From Haliotis rufescens (taxonomy: Eukaryota): a DNA stretch of 64,000 bases. Shown in pieces: positions 12,701 through 25,120 of this stretch. Below the pieces are notes generated by a model. The model worked only from the letters and a program-made list of their open reading frames with translations. It ran no database searches and was not told the DNA's origin. The position numbers were made by a program, and so were the translations under genes. Positions within the stretch are counted from its first letter, which is position 1, and every line of letters starts with the position of its first letter. The stretch is taken from positions 14,136,001 through 14,200,000 of the forward strand of contig NW_025964383.1 of assembly GCF_023055435.1 (NCBI RefSeq). Direction: 5' to 3'.

Positions 12701-15700
12701 TCAGCAATATCCACGCTACATCATGGCTCTGTCATGTGAAACAAGGTCTGGGGTGAGAGAGAGTCCGAGGTAGGTAGCCGGACACTATCCCATTGGCGAG
12801 AAATTGTCCACCACGAGTAAGAGAGTGTGAATAAAAGTCCTGGCTTAAGAGTCTGTCAAATAAACCCTCCTCCTCCCTGTATTCAATATATCTGGGTCGC
12901 CAAGTGAATGTGACATAACAGGCTTGTTGTGACACCGCATCGGGTTTTCAGAATATATTCCATAAAGTCCATAACTGAATATCTGACACCTCATCTGACC
13001 CCTGCTGGGTTCTCTGTGAATATCCAGGACACATACATGCTGATATGTTCTTCCTGTTCTACAACCTTGGGGCGGTGGTTAGCCTTTTGGTTAAAGTGTT
13101 CGGACGATCCACCGAAGGTCCAGGTTCGATTTCCCACATGGTTACAATGTGTGAAGCCCATTTCTGATGACCTCGGCTTGATCTGGCCGGAATATTGCTC
13201 AAAGCGGCCTAAAACCCAGCTCATTCACTAACTCCCTACTGACAACCTCTACTCACATGATGGAAAGGCCTGGCAAGTCTTTGAAAAGTTTGGTGAGGGT
13301 AGGATCGACATCTCTGATGATCTGCCTGTAGGCCTCCAGTAGTTCTCCCTTAAACGAAGGCGTGGTTTGTAAGATTGCAGATGAATTTCCCTATAATGAT
13401 GACTCATTCATTGAGACACATATCAAGGGCAGTCAGTGCCACATTGTGTTATCGCGTCGAAGGCGTCTACTTATTACATCAGTTTCAACCACAGCGTAAA
13501 TGAACCGACGTCTTGTGATATTATACCATGTCCAGTTATGTATAAGGGAAGACGCGATATTATATTTTAATCTCCAAATAGTATCTCGTGTCCCCGGATG
13601 GAATAGCATTATCTTTTTCATCGTCTTCCTTCCGCGGTTCCGCAAATGACATTTGTAACGTTAGTACATGTCCAAGGAAACGATGGGAATCTGGGCCCTG
13701 GGTTATATGAGACATGTGTTGTGGAAACTAAATATCGTCTGATACCTGTGGCATAGAATATAAGCGTCTTCTTACACATTTTATAAATAACATAATTGTT
13801 TTACCCCTGTGTTGTAGAAATATTGGGACTGATTCATGACGACAGTGAAGTATTCCCTGATGGAGAGGTTGTAGCCCTGTTTGGTTATTATCTTGAAGAA
13901 GAACACTACTACATCAAAAGAAATTGTTGACACATGTATGTCTAATCACCAAATTGTGATAATAAGTAAATAAAATTACAACAGTTCAGGGGATACAGTG
14001 TGTCATAACTGGTAAATCAGAGGTGATGCACATTGTGATCTGTTTTGGGCAACGTTGTGAAAATCGACCAAATACATTTTGTAAAGTTGAGTGACGCCTC
14101 CTAAATCTAGCTGTTGCAATAGCTTTGCGTTATGTATCAAACTTGTGTCTTCAAACACTCATTTACCAGTAATAATAGATTTCCAAGAATATACTTGACA
14201 AAAATAATTATGCTTCAGGCCGTTGAAATCAAAACAGATGGTCTGCCACAAAAATACATTGTTGCAGTTTTATGCCTCATTCCGTTGAAATAAAAACAAA
14301 TGGTCTGCCACAAAAAAAATCATTGTTGCATTTTTTATGCTTCAGGCCATTGAAACAAAAACAATTGGTCTGCCACAAAAATACATAAAGTTAAGGCTCA
14401 TATCTGGTTTCGCATCTGTAACTAAAGAACTATCTAGTCATCCAAATTCCCGGAACAGTTACCCAAACATGACGATTTACCCTCCCCATTAAGATTTACC
14501 TCCTCCATCAACATTTGCCTCCTCGTCAAGATTTACCTCCTCCATGTACATTTATCCCTCCATGAAGATTTACCTCATCCATGAAGATTAACCCCATCCA
14601 TGATGATTTACCTCCTCTATCAAGATTTACCTCCTCCATGAAGATTTACCGTCTCCATGTAAATGTATCCCTCCATGAAGATTTACCTCCTCCATGAAGA
14701 TTTACCTCCTCCACGATGATTTTCCCTGCATGATCATTTACCCCTCCACGGTGATTTACTTCCCCCATGAAGATTTACCTCCTCCATCAAGATTTACCTC
14801 CTCCGTGTAAATTTATCCCTCCATGAAAATTTACCTCCTCCACGATGATTTTCCCTGCATGACCATTTACCCCTCCACGGTGATTTACTTCCCCCATGAA
14901 GATTTACCTCCTTCATAGTCATTTGCCTCCTCCATGATGATTTACCTCTCCATGGAGATTTACCCCTCCATCGAGATTAACCTCCTCCATGGAGATTTAC
15001 CTCCTCCATGAAGATTTACCTCCTTCATGAAGATTTACCTCCTCCATGATGATGTACCTCCTCCATTATAATTTACCCCTCCATGAAGAATTACCTCCTC
15101 CATCAAGATTTACCTCCTTCATGAAGATTTACCTCCTCCATGATGATTTACCTCCTCCATGATGATTTACCCCTCAATGAAGATTTACCTCCTCCATGCA
15201 AATGTACCCACCCCATGAAGATTTAAGTCTCAATGCAGATTTACCTTCATCATGAGTTGTTCTATCCGAGCAACCTCCCTCTTCCCCGTCTCATGGACGT
15301 CCTCTGGGGTGGTGTCCAGTGAGAGGTACGCCTTCATGCACGCCTTGTAGTACTCCCCGCCGTTGTGTAATGAACTGACGCCGATACCAGAACGAGTCGT
15401 GTAGTCCAGTTTACATGCATAGTGACAGTCATACATTGAACCGTACATGTATGTACTCTGCCAATGGTATCATATGTATGTAGATAAGTAGATATTGTGA
15501 ATTACATCGCTGTGAAACACTAGACATTTTCTATTTACTTACATAAACATAAAAAAAATGTTAGTATAATGTTTCACTAATGTATTCGGACTACGCCCTG
15601 TCTTATGTGCTACTTTACTGACTTTTCATCAACAGATAATGGCATTTAATGTATATATAAATAGTATTACGATAACATTATTTTTGCAATGAAAAGAGGA

Positions 15701-18700
15701 CAACAAGCAAAAATAGAGCTAGATATACTTCTAAAAAGAAACCCTTGAATATTAAGGCACCCTCAAGTCTCTTAGCTGACACTGGGATGAGTAGGCTGCT
15801 AGAGCTGAGAAGGGTATGAGAGTAAAATGGTGGTAAATGTTTTATAGCATATATCCTCGGATACAAACATCCGTCACTGCATTGATAACATAGTTTCTAC
15901 CACACTCTAGTATACTTGTGTACGGTGATATTAGATCCTGTCCTCTAGTGGTTACGCTATTATTGCCATAAATAGTTGTATACATACATTCGTCAGATAC
16001 GATTTCAGATCCCTCAAGCTGTCCAGAGCTGATGCAATGGCGGATGTTGCTCTGTCGATGACTGTTTGCCTGTCAGCAGAACAAGAAGACATTGTTAATA
16101 TTACATTCTACGTTTTTGTTTCATCCGCTGCAAATTCCAAGGGCAACCAACTTTATCGTCGAGATACATTCACACACACTCCAAGAGGTCTCACGTTGGT
16201 CATTTGGGCTTTATTCTGCCTCGAATCCCAGTACTTGTGGGTCGTTAGTCCACATACAGAGCACTTCAGATTACTGATGACAAACCACAACACTTGACGT
16301 CTATAACATTGAAGACGAGGTCATTCATTTATCTTTATACATGTAGGTCATTGGGTTTTTATGTACTTAGGTCAACTTGTGCCATACAGAAAACACAATT
16401 TGTATTTAGTTGAATAAAATAATATCACCCTTCCCCATGGTTTATAGGGGTTCATTTGCTCATCAGATTACATGACGTGTGCTATACCTCTCTGTATCAC
16501 TAAAGCCGATCGTGTTGTTTTCCACGCTTTTGATGAAGGGTTTGTACAATGGTGACATCTTGTTGTCTGCGATATTGGTAACTTGGTCAAACTGCTCTGG
16601 TAACCGAAACTGAAGTGACACAACATCAATCATATTTCCCTCTGATATCAGACACAATATAGTACCATGTGAAGCCCGTATCTAACTTTTAGTGGTGATT
16701 TTTCCTCTGTTATAAAGGCTGGCTAAAATCAGAATAGAATCCCACTCGGCTCATCTTCATCCAACAAGTCATAAAGAAGAATCCATATTGGAACTGATTC
16801 GCTAGTGTCGCTAGTTCACATGACTATCGCTTTACACTTGGTAACCATATATAATGTCGTTTTATATCGGCTTATATACTTAAATTCTGTTAAACAAATA
16901 AACTCTATTTTTTTCAAAATCGACCCTTAGCACGAACTATATGTTATGAGGTATTACAGTGAAATCGTGCAATATAACTTTTCCATTTCTGGAGGAAATA
17001 TGTGAGTATGAGGCAGGATGAAAGCCGTGCCCTGTGTTCCCCAGTAGCCCAGCACACTTGATACTCCCTGGCTACCCATACGTCACTACCGCGATAATAC
17101 GATTCTTTTGCCGCAGCTGTCGGGTTGATCTCGCCATTATAGTCTGATAAGTAGGTGCTGAGTTCTGACTAGTTGTGTACATGCCCTCTAAACTACAACT
17201 ATATATGGTATATTTTTACCGTCTACTTTTATGCGTACCATGGATGCATTGTGGTACTTTGTTCCATTTTGCACGGCTTGCTGGAAACTCTCTTTTATCT
17301 CAGATATCTGTGTAAACGTAACACAACAATTGAAAACAACTGGAATATATTTTGTTAAGCAACGGAAAATGTAACTCATTTAAAGTTCAATTAATATATA
17401 TTTATTCTGAAATTAAACCATGCATTTTTAAAAAAATATATTGATGAATACATCTCCTCGACATTAAGGTTGTGATTCACAATTTGCACGTGCATGTTAA
17501 AAAAAGGCGCATAATTAGGATGTTTGCGTGTTTGTTTGTGCATGATACTCACACACCTGTTTTACAAATCTATCAGGTGGTCGTTAAAACATACGTTTAA
17601 CCGTGAATAACGCCTGAGTGATGTCGCGGCGTGCTGACAATCAACGTCAACACGCCTAGGGTATGCTGCAAACAGGAGCACAACGAAGTTGCCAGACATA
17701 ATATAATCTCCTTGGAAACATTATGCCACGGGCTGGTCGTCCAGGTGTGACGTCGATTGGTGCATCTAGGAATACTAGTATATTGATACCAAACTGCCAC
17801 ATTAACAGCTCGGACTACTCCTGGGTTGAGACCAATTAGAGGTAGAAACGTAGGCAACTCGGTGATTGAGCGCAAGATCCGGTACGGAAGTCAAGAAATA
17901 TGCCCTATGTTCAGGCACCCCTAGCTTGGTGTAGACAGCTTCCTTCTCAAGTTCAGAAGACAAGACATGGACAATATATTGTTCACAGATGAGTCCAGGT
18001 TTCATATGGGCAGCTCTAATCGTCGTGCATCCAGGATGTTTTAGCGACGCTTGCGTTACACAACGCCGGCAATTTGGAGAGGGGAGTATAAACTCATCAT
18101 TGTTAATGGCAATTTGAATTGCTTACGCTATCTGGACAAGTTCTAGCCTTTGTGCAAATTCAGGATAATTCCCGCATCACTTGTTGCATGTGTTGTAACA
18201 TACTTTTTTTGAGACAGCATAACAATGCAGTACTACCATGGCCTGCTGCCCCACATAGAACATATTTGGAATGAGATGGATCAGACGCCAACGACATGAT
18301 TAGAATCAACCTGCAGCTGTAACGCTAGCTCAATTGGTCCAATCTTTGCTTTACATTTGCGCCAATAGTGTTGGCTGGCTATTAGCGGTACGGAAGACTC
18401 CCCGAGTTAGTTCCCTTGTCTTCGCTCTCCTGTTCCACCTTTTGTACCCGCCTCGTGGTTTTCGAAAAGAAAACCTCTGGCAACCGAAAAACCTCTCCAT
18501 CTTGTGTCCCAATCGTCAGTGGTCTAAGAGTGTCCGTCAAACCTTACTGGCGTTGGAACAACATCCCCAAGGCTCAATCATCTGGTATCTTCAGTGCACC
18601 GCCTCTGTATCTGCGCAAAATGGTGTCACACCCGATATGGATATTGTTAATTGAGTTGTTACGCCATCCCTCTTTTAGGGCGTGTCGATCTGTAACCAGG

Positions 18701-20887
18701 TATGCGTTTCGTCAATGAATGTCTTATGATAAAACATTGAGCAGACGAATGACCAAATAGTATGTTGACCAAATACTAGATGAATGCATTTTAGAATAAA
18801 AATATTTGTGAATATATGGATATAAGAAAATGATGACTACATACCAGGAGGACAAAAGCTGTCATAAGAAATGTTTCAGTTCAAGTGATAGGAACTGTTC
18901 TCTCTTTCGCTATATTGCATTCACTACCTTCCATTGTAAATATAAAACGTCTTCATCATCCTCCAAAACAGATTTCATTTGCCGCAAAGGGCAATTAGCT
19001 GTGAAAAATCTATGAATGGATCACTGAAAAGCCATGAACACCCTAACCCGAATTTATTATCACCATTTGAAATTCCAGAAAAAAGCTGGAATAAATTCTT
19101 TCGCCTAAGAGTTTACAAACTTATTATTGTTGAGTTACCTGTTGTGGCAGCAAGGTCAATCTGTGAAGGTAGTTCTCCACATCTTCCCTTGTGTTCATTG
19201 GGGTGCTTGTCATCCGGGTCACATCCTTCTGAACTCCCTCAAGGAAGTTTACGGGGTTCAAGTTGACGTAACTGAAACAGGAAATCTTGCATCACCATCT
19301 TTTATTATAGAATATTATCATTACTTAGGCCACCTTAAGGGTAAAATAGATTTATTTACTCTTTATTGAATGTCTATTTGATACCGAAAAGCATTCATTG
19401 CAACGCGTCTGACTCCATACGGAAATCTGGTGATCTACAATCAGTAACTGAGGTCTTGTGCTGTGCACCGAAGTAGATTTAATTTGCCCTTGTGTACAGG
19501 ATGAATTTGCAGACAAAATATTATACTATGCATTATACATTTTACTATGTTAGAATATGTTAAAATGTTAGAATATGCTAGTATCACTTCTGCCATATGA
19601 ACAAAGATGTGTTTGAATCTAGATATCTAAGGTGTCATGCAACACCATGGTCTCCTGCAGCCCTACTCCATTCGGATAAACATTTGTTTTATTTTTCTCA
19701 TTAGGATCCGATACGTATCAATGTATGTGCGTTTGATCGTTGTAAGGAATTGATACTGCTATGTTGACAATGCATTCGGTGGATAGGGACATTACAATGG
19801 TATCTGTGGATATGTCATGTCTAAATTATCATTTCTTTTATATATCTTTTTGTAAGCTCGTTTGTGATGTCGTCAAACTTATCTAATTTTAAAATTGTGC
19901 ATTTTTAGCATCAATTATTTCAATCTATTACTGAACTTACTTAAACGTTTATATTATGAATATGTAATTGCATATCATTAAGAGAGACGGAAAACAATTT
20001 ACAATTTGCGCTGTTGTCTCATACAAAGTCACTCCTTTGAAGTAACAATAGACTTGAATTTAGAGGGAGAACTCAGCTAGGCGCGTTCCTGGGAATACAA
20101 TACGTCAATGTTTGCATGGCTATGTGTTTGTCGGTCGGCTGTAAGACATATTCATAGTGTTGTTACCATAACTCTGTTAAAAGTTTGTTTTCCAAAGACA
20201 GGTAATCTAATATCTGTTTAAACTCATCCTTATAGTCAAAGCATGTTGATATAACTATCACATATCCGTTTTCAACTCACAATCGCCACTGATACCCGTC
20301 TCGAAAGGCTTCTTGTGTGTAGCGGAGTACTTTGAAGCTGATTTTATCCTGACGGGGAAGCTCCACCTCCGAGATGTTTACCAGGCGCTCGTATAGCCCG
20401 TCAACAAAGTCCTACGGCAGACAACGCCAAACAACACAACGTTATGTACACATGACCTAGTTATGTACTGCAGTTAAGATCTAAACACTGAAGTGAGTCT
20501 ACATCATCTCCCAAGTATGAAGCAGGTAAAGTATTGTTTAACCTGCTCCATACTCGAATGGGCTGTTAACCGATCCCAATCCAGCGCCCTTTATAAAATA
20601 TATATAATGTAATCCAATCATCAATGCAACTTGCTGAAACGAAAACATATGCTGTTCAAAATAACGATTCTGTATTTTATATATTTAATACATTTAAATA
20701 CACCTGCAATATAATAATCCATGTCAGTATGCTGCTTAAAATGTTCATATCTGGTGTAGTTGAAGGACTTTAGGCGGTCGTTGAAGGTGTAGACGTTCCT
20801 TGAAGTCGCTGATCTTGGCCGCTGACTCAGCCGCCATGTTTGGAATTCATCAGCCAATGGAAGCCAACCTTTGACTGCTTGTTTCAT
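6484..20887 (-). CDS. DUF885-family protein (putative zinc metallopeptidase-like) with GPI-anchor-like C-terminus; spliced, >=13 exons; 5' end and 1-2 internal exons not found
   Basis: Phase-consistent exons, mostly GT-AG, in transcript order: 20887-20735 ([39 protein letters not shown], donor unclear); 20411-20281 ([16 protein letters not shown]); 19271-19139 ([29 protein letters not shown]); 17307-17239; 16609-16488; 16069-15988; ~15457-15245 ([45 protein letters not shown]); 13891-13805; 13348-13257; 12602-12495 ([19 protein letters not shown]); 12214-12154 ([15 protein letters not shown]); 7812-7643 ([26 protein letters not shown]); 6704-6484 ([18 protein letters not shown]..hydrophobic tail, stop). 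HExxPGHH, EIDRYxxWPGQAxxYKxG and FHxxxLxxGxxPL are DUF885 hallmarks. Confidence 0.9.
7643..7812 (-). CDS. DUF885 gene penultimate exon
   Basis: [57 protein letters not shown]; ttacag acceptor, gtagga donor. Confidence 0.9.
7795..8240. repeat. 83-85-bp tandem array (~5.5 copies) that includes a DUF885 splice acceptor
   Basis: tctctgtc(c/t)c starts at 7801, 7885, 7970, 8053, 8136 and 8219. Confidence 0.92.
8243..9234 (+). mobile_element. 5'-truncated Tc1-family transposon
   Basis: PRSGRx[40 protein letters not shown] and a frameshifted [10 protein letters not shown]; end GGHTRY*; right end ...ttgttcagTA. Confidence 0.9.
9390..9641 (+). mobile_element. tRNA-derived SINE, family A (runs into N gap)
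   Basis: A box tggtctagtggtagag, B box ggttcgatccc; homologous to 47892-48278, 57625-57925 and 59716-60042. Confidence 0.85.
9790..10700 (-). mobile_element. Degenerate Penelope-like retroelement reverse transcriptase fragment
   Basis: Minus-strand remnants [21 protein letters not shown] and [11 protein letters not shown], typical of PLE RT. Confidence 0.75.
11758..11913. mobile_element. 156-bp near-perfect palindrome (MITE/foldback-like); half copy at 59583-59658
   Basis: aaagaggttatcacg...atttagctcgcc aa ggctcgctaaat...cgtgataacctcttt. Confidence 0.85.
12154..12214 (-). CDS. DUF885 gene exon carrying the HEASPGHH putative metal-binding motif
   Basis: tttcag|A CCA AAA TTC GGC TTG ATG GCA CTA ACA TTG CAT GAA GCA AGC CCC GGT CAT CAT TTA CAG|gtaatg. 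Confidence 0.9.
13069..13235 (+). mobile_element. Diverged SINE family B
   Basis: ggggcggtggttagcc..ggttcgatttcccacatggttacaatgtgtgaagcccatttctg..ggaatattgct. Confidence 0.8.
14208..14390. repeat. ~63-66-bp tandem repeat, ~3 copies
   Basis: ttgaaa..aaaaca.atggtctgccacaaaa occurs three times. Confidence 0.8.
14475..15260. repeat. 19-bp minisatellite gatttacctcctccatgaa (~40 copies) abutting a DUF885 splice donor
   Basis: Direct reading. Confidence 0.95.
17560..18365 (+). mobile_element. Degenerate Tc1-family transposon in a DUF885 intron
   Basis: Fragments [19 protein letters not shown] and IEHIWNEM with stops and deletions. Confidence 0.8.
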
Positions 20888-20964
20888 CTGAAGCAAAGGA
20901 ACAATTATCGTGCATTACTATATTACTATTTATAAAAATGTAGGTCATCTTCCGATGCTAGACT

Positions 20965-23900
20965 GATGGTGGTGGTGGTGCTTGGTGATGGTTTGATGTT
21001 CTTTTTTGGTGATGGTGGTGCTTCTTTGTAGTGGTGGCTTTGGCACTTTACGGTGGTTGTTGATGCTTTGTTTGGTGTTGATCGTGCTGGTGGTTGTGTG
21101 GTGGTGGTAGTGCTTGATGTTGTTTGTGGTGGTGTCTTTTTGCGGTGCTTGATGGTGCTGCTAGATTGTGGTGTTTGGTGGTAGTGCAGTTTGTGCAGAT
21201 GGTGCTACGTGTTTGGTGATGGTGGCGCTTACGGTGCTTGCAGTGGTGATGCTTTGTGGTTAATGCTTGGTGTTCTTGTATGCCGATGGTCAATCTCTCC
21301 GAGATTTATGAGAATTTATTTTGTGTACGTGTGACGAGCACCATTTCTGTCACCTTCGATAAGTGCCGCCTTAACATCAACTGTTCTCAGATGAAGCATA
21401 TCGTAATAGTCATGCATTTTTAATAATGATAATAATAGCCCATTTATGCGTTTTTGCTTGGTAGTGGTTGTAGGGTTGTTGTGCTTTGTGATGACAGGTT
21501 GTTGTGGTGGTTGGTGTCGGTTGCCATGTTTATGATGCTTGGTAGTGATGTTGCGTGGTGGTCGTTGTGGTTGGTATACTTGGTGCTGGTCGTGGTGCTT
21601 GGTGGTGGCTGCGGCGATTGGTGGTGATTGGGATGCTTGGTGGTTGTGGTGGTTGGTGGTATTGTCGTTGGTGGTGCTTTGGTGCTTTGTTGTTGTTCAT
21701 CTTGATAGTGATGGTGGTGATGGCGATGGTGGTGTTCCATGGCGGTCCTGGGTTGTGACGCATTTTGTTGGTACTGGGTTGTGGTGATTGGTGGTGCTTG
21801 GTGGTTGTGGTGGTTGGTGGTATTGTCGTGCTTTCTGGTGGCGATGTTTGATAGTGGCGATGGTGGTGCTTGGTGAAGGTGCTGGTTGATGTAATGCTTT
21901 CAGGTGGTGATGCTTGAAAGTGGCGATGGTGGTGCTAGGTAAAGGTGCTGGTTGATGTAGTGCTTTCTGGTGGTGATACTTGATGGGGGCGGTGGTGGTG
22001 CTTGGTGAAGGTGCTGGGTGGTGTAGTGCTTTCTGGTGATGATGCTTGATGTTGGCGGTGGTGGTGCTTGGTGAAGGTGCTGGTTGATGGAGTGCTTTCT
22101 GGTGGTGATGCTTGATAGTGGCGATGGTGGTGCTTGGTGAAGGTGCTTGGTGGTGTGGTGCTTTCTGGTGATGATGCTTGATGGTGGTGGTGCTTGGTGA
22201 TAGTGGTGGTTGATGGAATGCTTTCTGATGATGATGCTTGATAGTGGCGATGGTGGAGCTTGGTGAAGGTGCTGGTTGATGTAGCGCTTTCTGATGATGA
22301 TGCTTGATAGTGGCGGTGGTGGTGCTTGGTGAAGGTGCTGGTTGATGTAGCGCTTTCTGGTGATGATGCTTGATAGTGGCGAAGGTGGTGCTTGGTGAAG
22401 GTGCTGGTTGATGTAGTGCTTTCTGGTGGTGATGCTTGATAGTAGCGGTGGTGGTGCTTGGTGAAGGTGCTGGTTGATGTAGTCCTTTCTGGTGGTGATG
22501 CTTGATAGTGGCGATGGTAGTGCTTGGTAAAGGTGCTGGTTGATGCAGTGCTTTCTGGTGGTGATACTTGATGGGGGCGGTGGTGGTGCTTGGTGAAGGT
22601 GCTGGGTGGTGTGGTGCTTTCTGGTGATGATGCTTGATGGTGGCGGTGGTGGTGCTTGGTGAAGGTGCTGGTTGATGGAGTGCTTTCTGGTGGTGATGCT
22701 TGATAGTGGCGATGTTGGTGCTTGGTGAAGGTGCTTTCTGGTGATGATGCTTGAAGGTGTTGGTGCTTGGTGAAGGTGCTGGTTGATGGAATGCTTTCTG
22801 GTGGTGATGCTTGATAGTGGCGATGGTGGTGCTTGGTGAAGGTGGTGATTGATGTAGCGCTTTCTGGTGGTGATGCTTGATAGTGGCGGTGGTGGTGCTT
22901 GGTGAAGGTGCTGGTTGATGTAGTGCTTTCTGGTGATGATGCTTGATGGTGGCGGTGGCGGTGCTTGGTGAAGGTGCTGGTTGATGTAGTGCTTTCTGGT
23001 GATGATGCTTGATAGTAGCGGTGGTGGTGCTTGGTGAAGGTGTTGGTTGATGCAGTGCTTTCTGGTGGTGATAATTGATGGGGGCGGTGGTGGTGCTTGG
23101 TGAAGGTGCTGGGTGGTGTGGTGCTTTCTGGTGGTGATGCTTGATGGTGGGGGTGGTGGTGCTTGGTAAAGGTGCTGGGTGGTGTGGTGCTTTCTGGTGA
23201 TGATGCTTGATGGTGGGGGTGGTGGTGCTTGGTGAAGGTGCTGGTTGATGGAGTGCTTTTTGTTGGTGATGCTTGATAGTGGCGATGGTGGTGCTTGGTG
23301 AAGGTGCTGGGTGGTGTGGTGCTTTCTGGTGATGATGCTTTATGGTGGTGGTGCTTGGTGATAGTGCTGGTTGATGGAATGCTTTCTGGTGGTGATACTT
23401 GATGGGGGCGGTGGTGGTGCTTGGTGAAGGTGCTGGGTGGTGTGGTGCTTTCTGGTGATGATGCTTGATGGTGGCGGTGGTGGTGCTTGGTGAAGGTGCT
23501 GGTTGATGGAGTGCTTTCTGGTGGTGATGCTTGATAGTGGCGATGTTGGTGCTTGGTGAAGGTGCTTTCTGGTGATGATGCTTGAAGGTGTTGGTGCTTG
23601 GTGAAGGTGCTGGTTGATGGAATGCTTTCTGGTGGTGATGCTTGATAGTGGCGATGGTGGTGCTTGGTGAAGGTGGTGATTGATGTAGCGCTTTCTGGTG
23701 GTGATGCTTGATAGTGGCGGTGGTGGTGCTTGGTGAAGGTGCTGGTTGATGTAGTGCTTTCTGGTGATGATGCTTGATGGTGGCGGTGGCGGTGCTTGGT
23801 GAAGGTGCTGGTTGATGCAGTGCTTTCTGGTGATGATGCTTGATAGTAGCGGTGGTGGTGCTTGGTGAAGGTGTTGGTTGATGCAGTGCTTTCTGGTGGT

Positions 23901-25120
23901 GATAATTGATGGGGGCGGTGGTGGTGCTTGGTGAAGGTGCTGGGTGGTGTGGTGCTTTCTGGTGGTGATGCTTGATGGTGGGGGTGGTGGTGCTTGGTAA
24001 AGGTGCTGGGTGGTGTGGTGCTTTCTGGTGATGATGCTTGATGGTGGGGGTGGTGGTGCTTGGTGAAGGTGCTGGTTGATGGAGTGCTTTTTGTTGGTGA
24101 TGCTTGATAGTGGCGATGGTGGTGCTTGGTGAAGGTGCTGGGTGGTGTGGTGCTTTCTGGTGATGATGCTTTATGGTGGTGGTGCTTGGTGATAGTGCTG
24201 GTTGATGGAATGCTTTCTGGTGGTGATGCTTGATAGAGGCGATGGTGGTGCTTGGTGAAGGTGCTGGTTGATGTAGTGCTTTCTGGTGGTGATGCTTGAT
24301 GGGGGCGGTGGTGGTGCTTGGTGATAGTGCTGGTTGATGTAGTGCTTTCTGGTGGTGATGCTTGATAGCAGCGGTGGTGGTGCTTGGTGAAGGTGCTTGC
24401 TGATGTAGTGCTTTCTGGTGGTGATGCTTGATGGGGGCGGTGGTGGTGCTTGGTGAAGGTGCTGGTTGATGTAGTGCTTTCTGGTGGTGATGCTTGATAG
24501 CAGCGGTGGTGGTGCTTGGTGAAGGTGCTTGCTGATGTAGTGCTTTCTGGTGGTGATGCTTGATGGGGGCGGTGGTGGTGCTTGGTGAAGGTGCTGGTTG
24601 ATGTAGTGCTTTCTGGTGGTGATGCTTGATAGAGGCGATGTTGGTGCTTGGTGAAGGTGCTGGTTGATGTAGCGCTTTCTGGTGGTGATGCTTGATGGGG
24701 GCGGTGGTGGTGCTTGGTGAAGGTGCTTGTTGATGTAGCGCTTTCTGGTGATGATGCTTGATAGTGGCGATGGTGGTGCTTGGTGAAGGTGCTGGTTGAT
24801 GTAGCGCTTTCTAGTGATGATGCTTGATAGTGGCGGTGGTGGTGCTTGGTGAAGGTGCTGGTTGATGTAGTGCTTTCTGGTGGTGATGCTTGATAGTGGC
24901 GATGGTGGTGCTTGGTAAAGGTGCTTGTTGATGTAGTCCTTTCTGGTGATGATGCTTGATAGTGGCGATGGTGGTGCTTGGTGAAGGTGCTGGGTGGTGT
25001 AGTGCTTTCTGGTGATGATGCTTTATAGTGGCGATTGTGGTGCTTGGTGAAGGTGCTTGTTGATGTAATGCTTTCTGGTGGTGATGCTTAATTGTGGCGG
25101 TGGTGGTGCTTGGTAAAGGT
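20965..25120. repeat. (TGG)n-derived GT-rich region; 66-bp unit array ~21828-25120 (~50 copies) with an 831-bp higher-order duplication
   Basis: Unit ggtgcttggtgaaggtgctggttgatgtagtgctttctggtggtgatgcttgatagtggcgatggt; variants at 22561/23392 and 22711/23542 are offset by 831. Confidence 0.95.
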
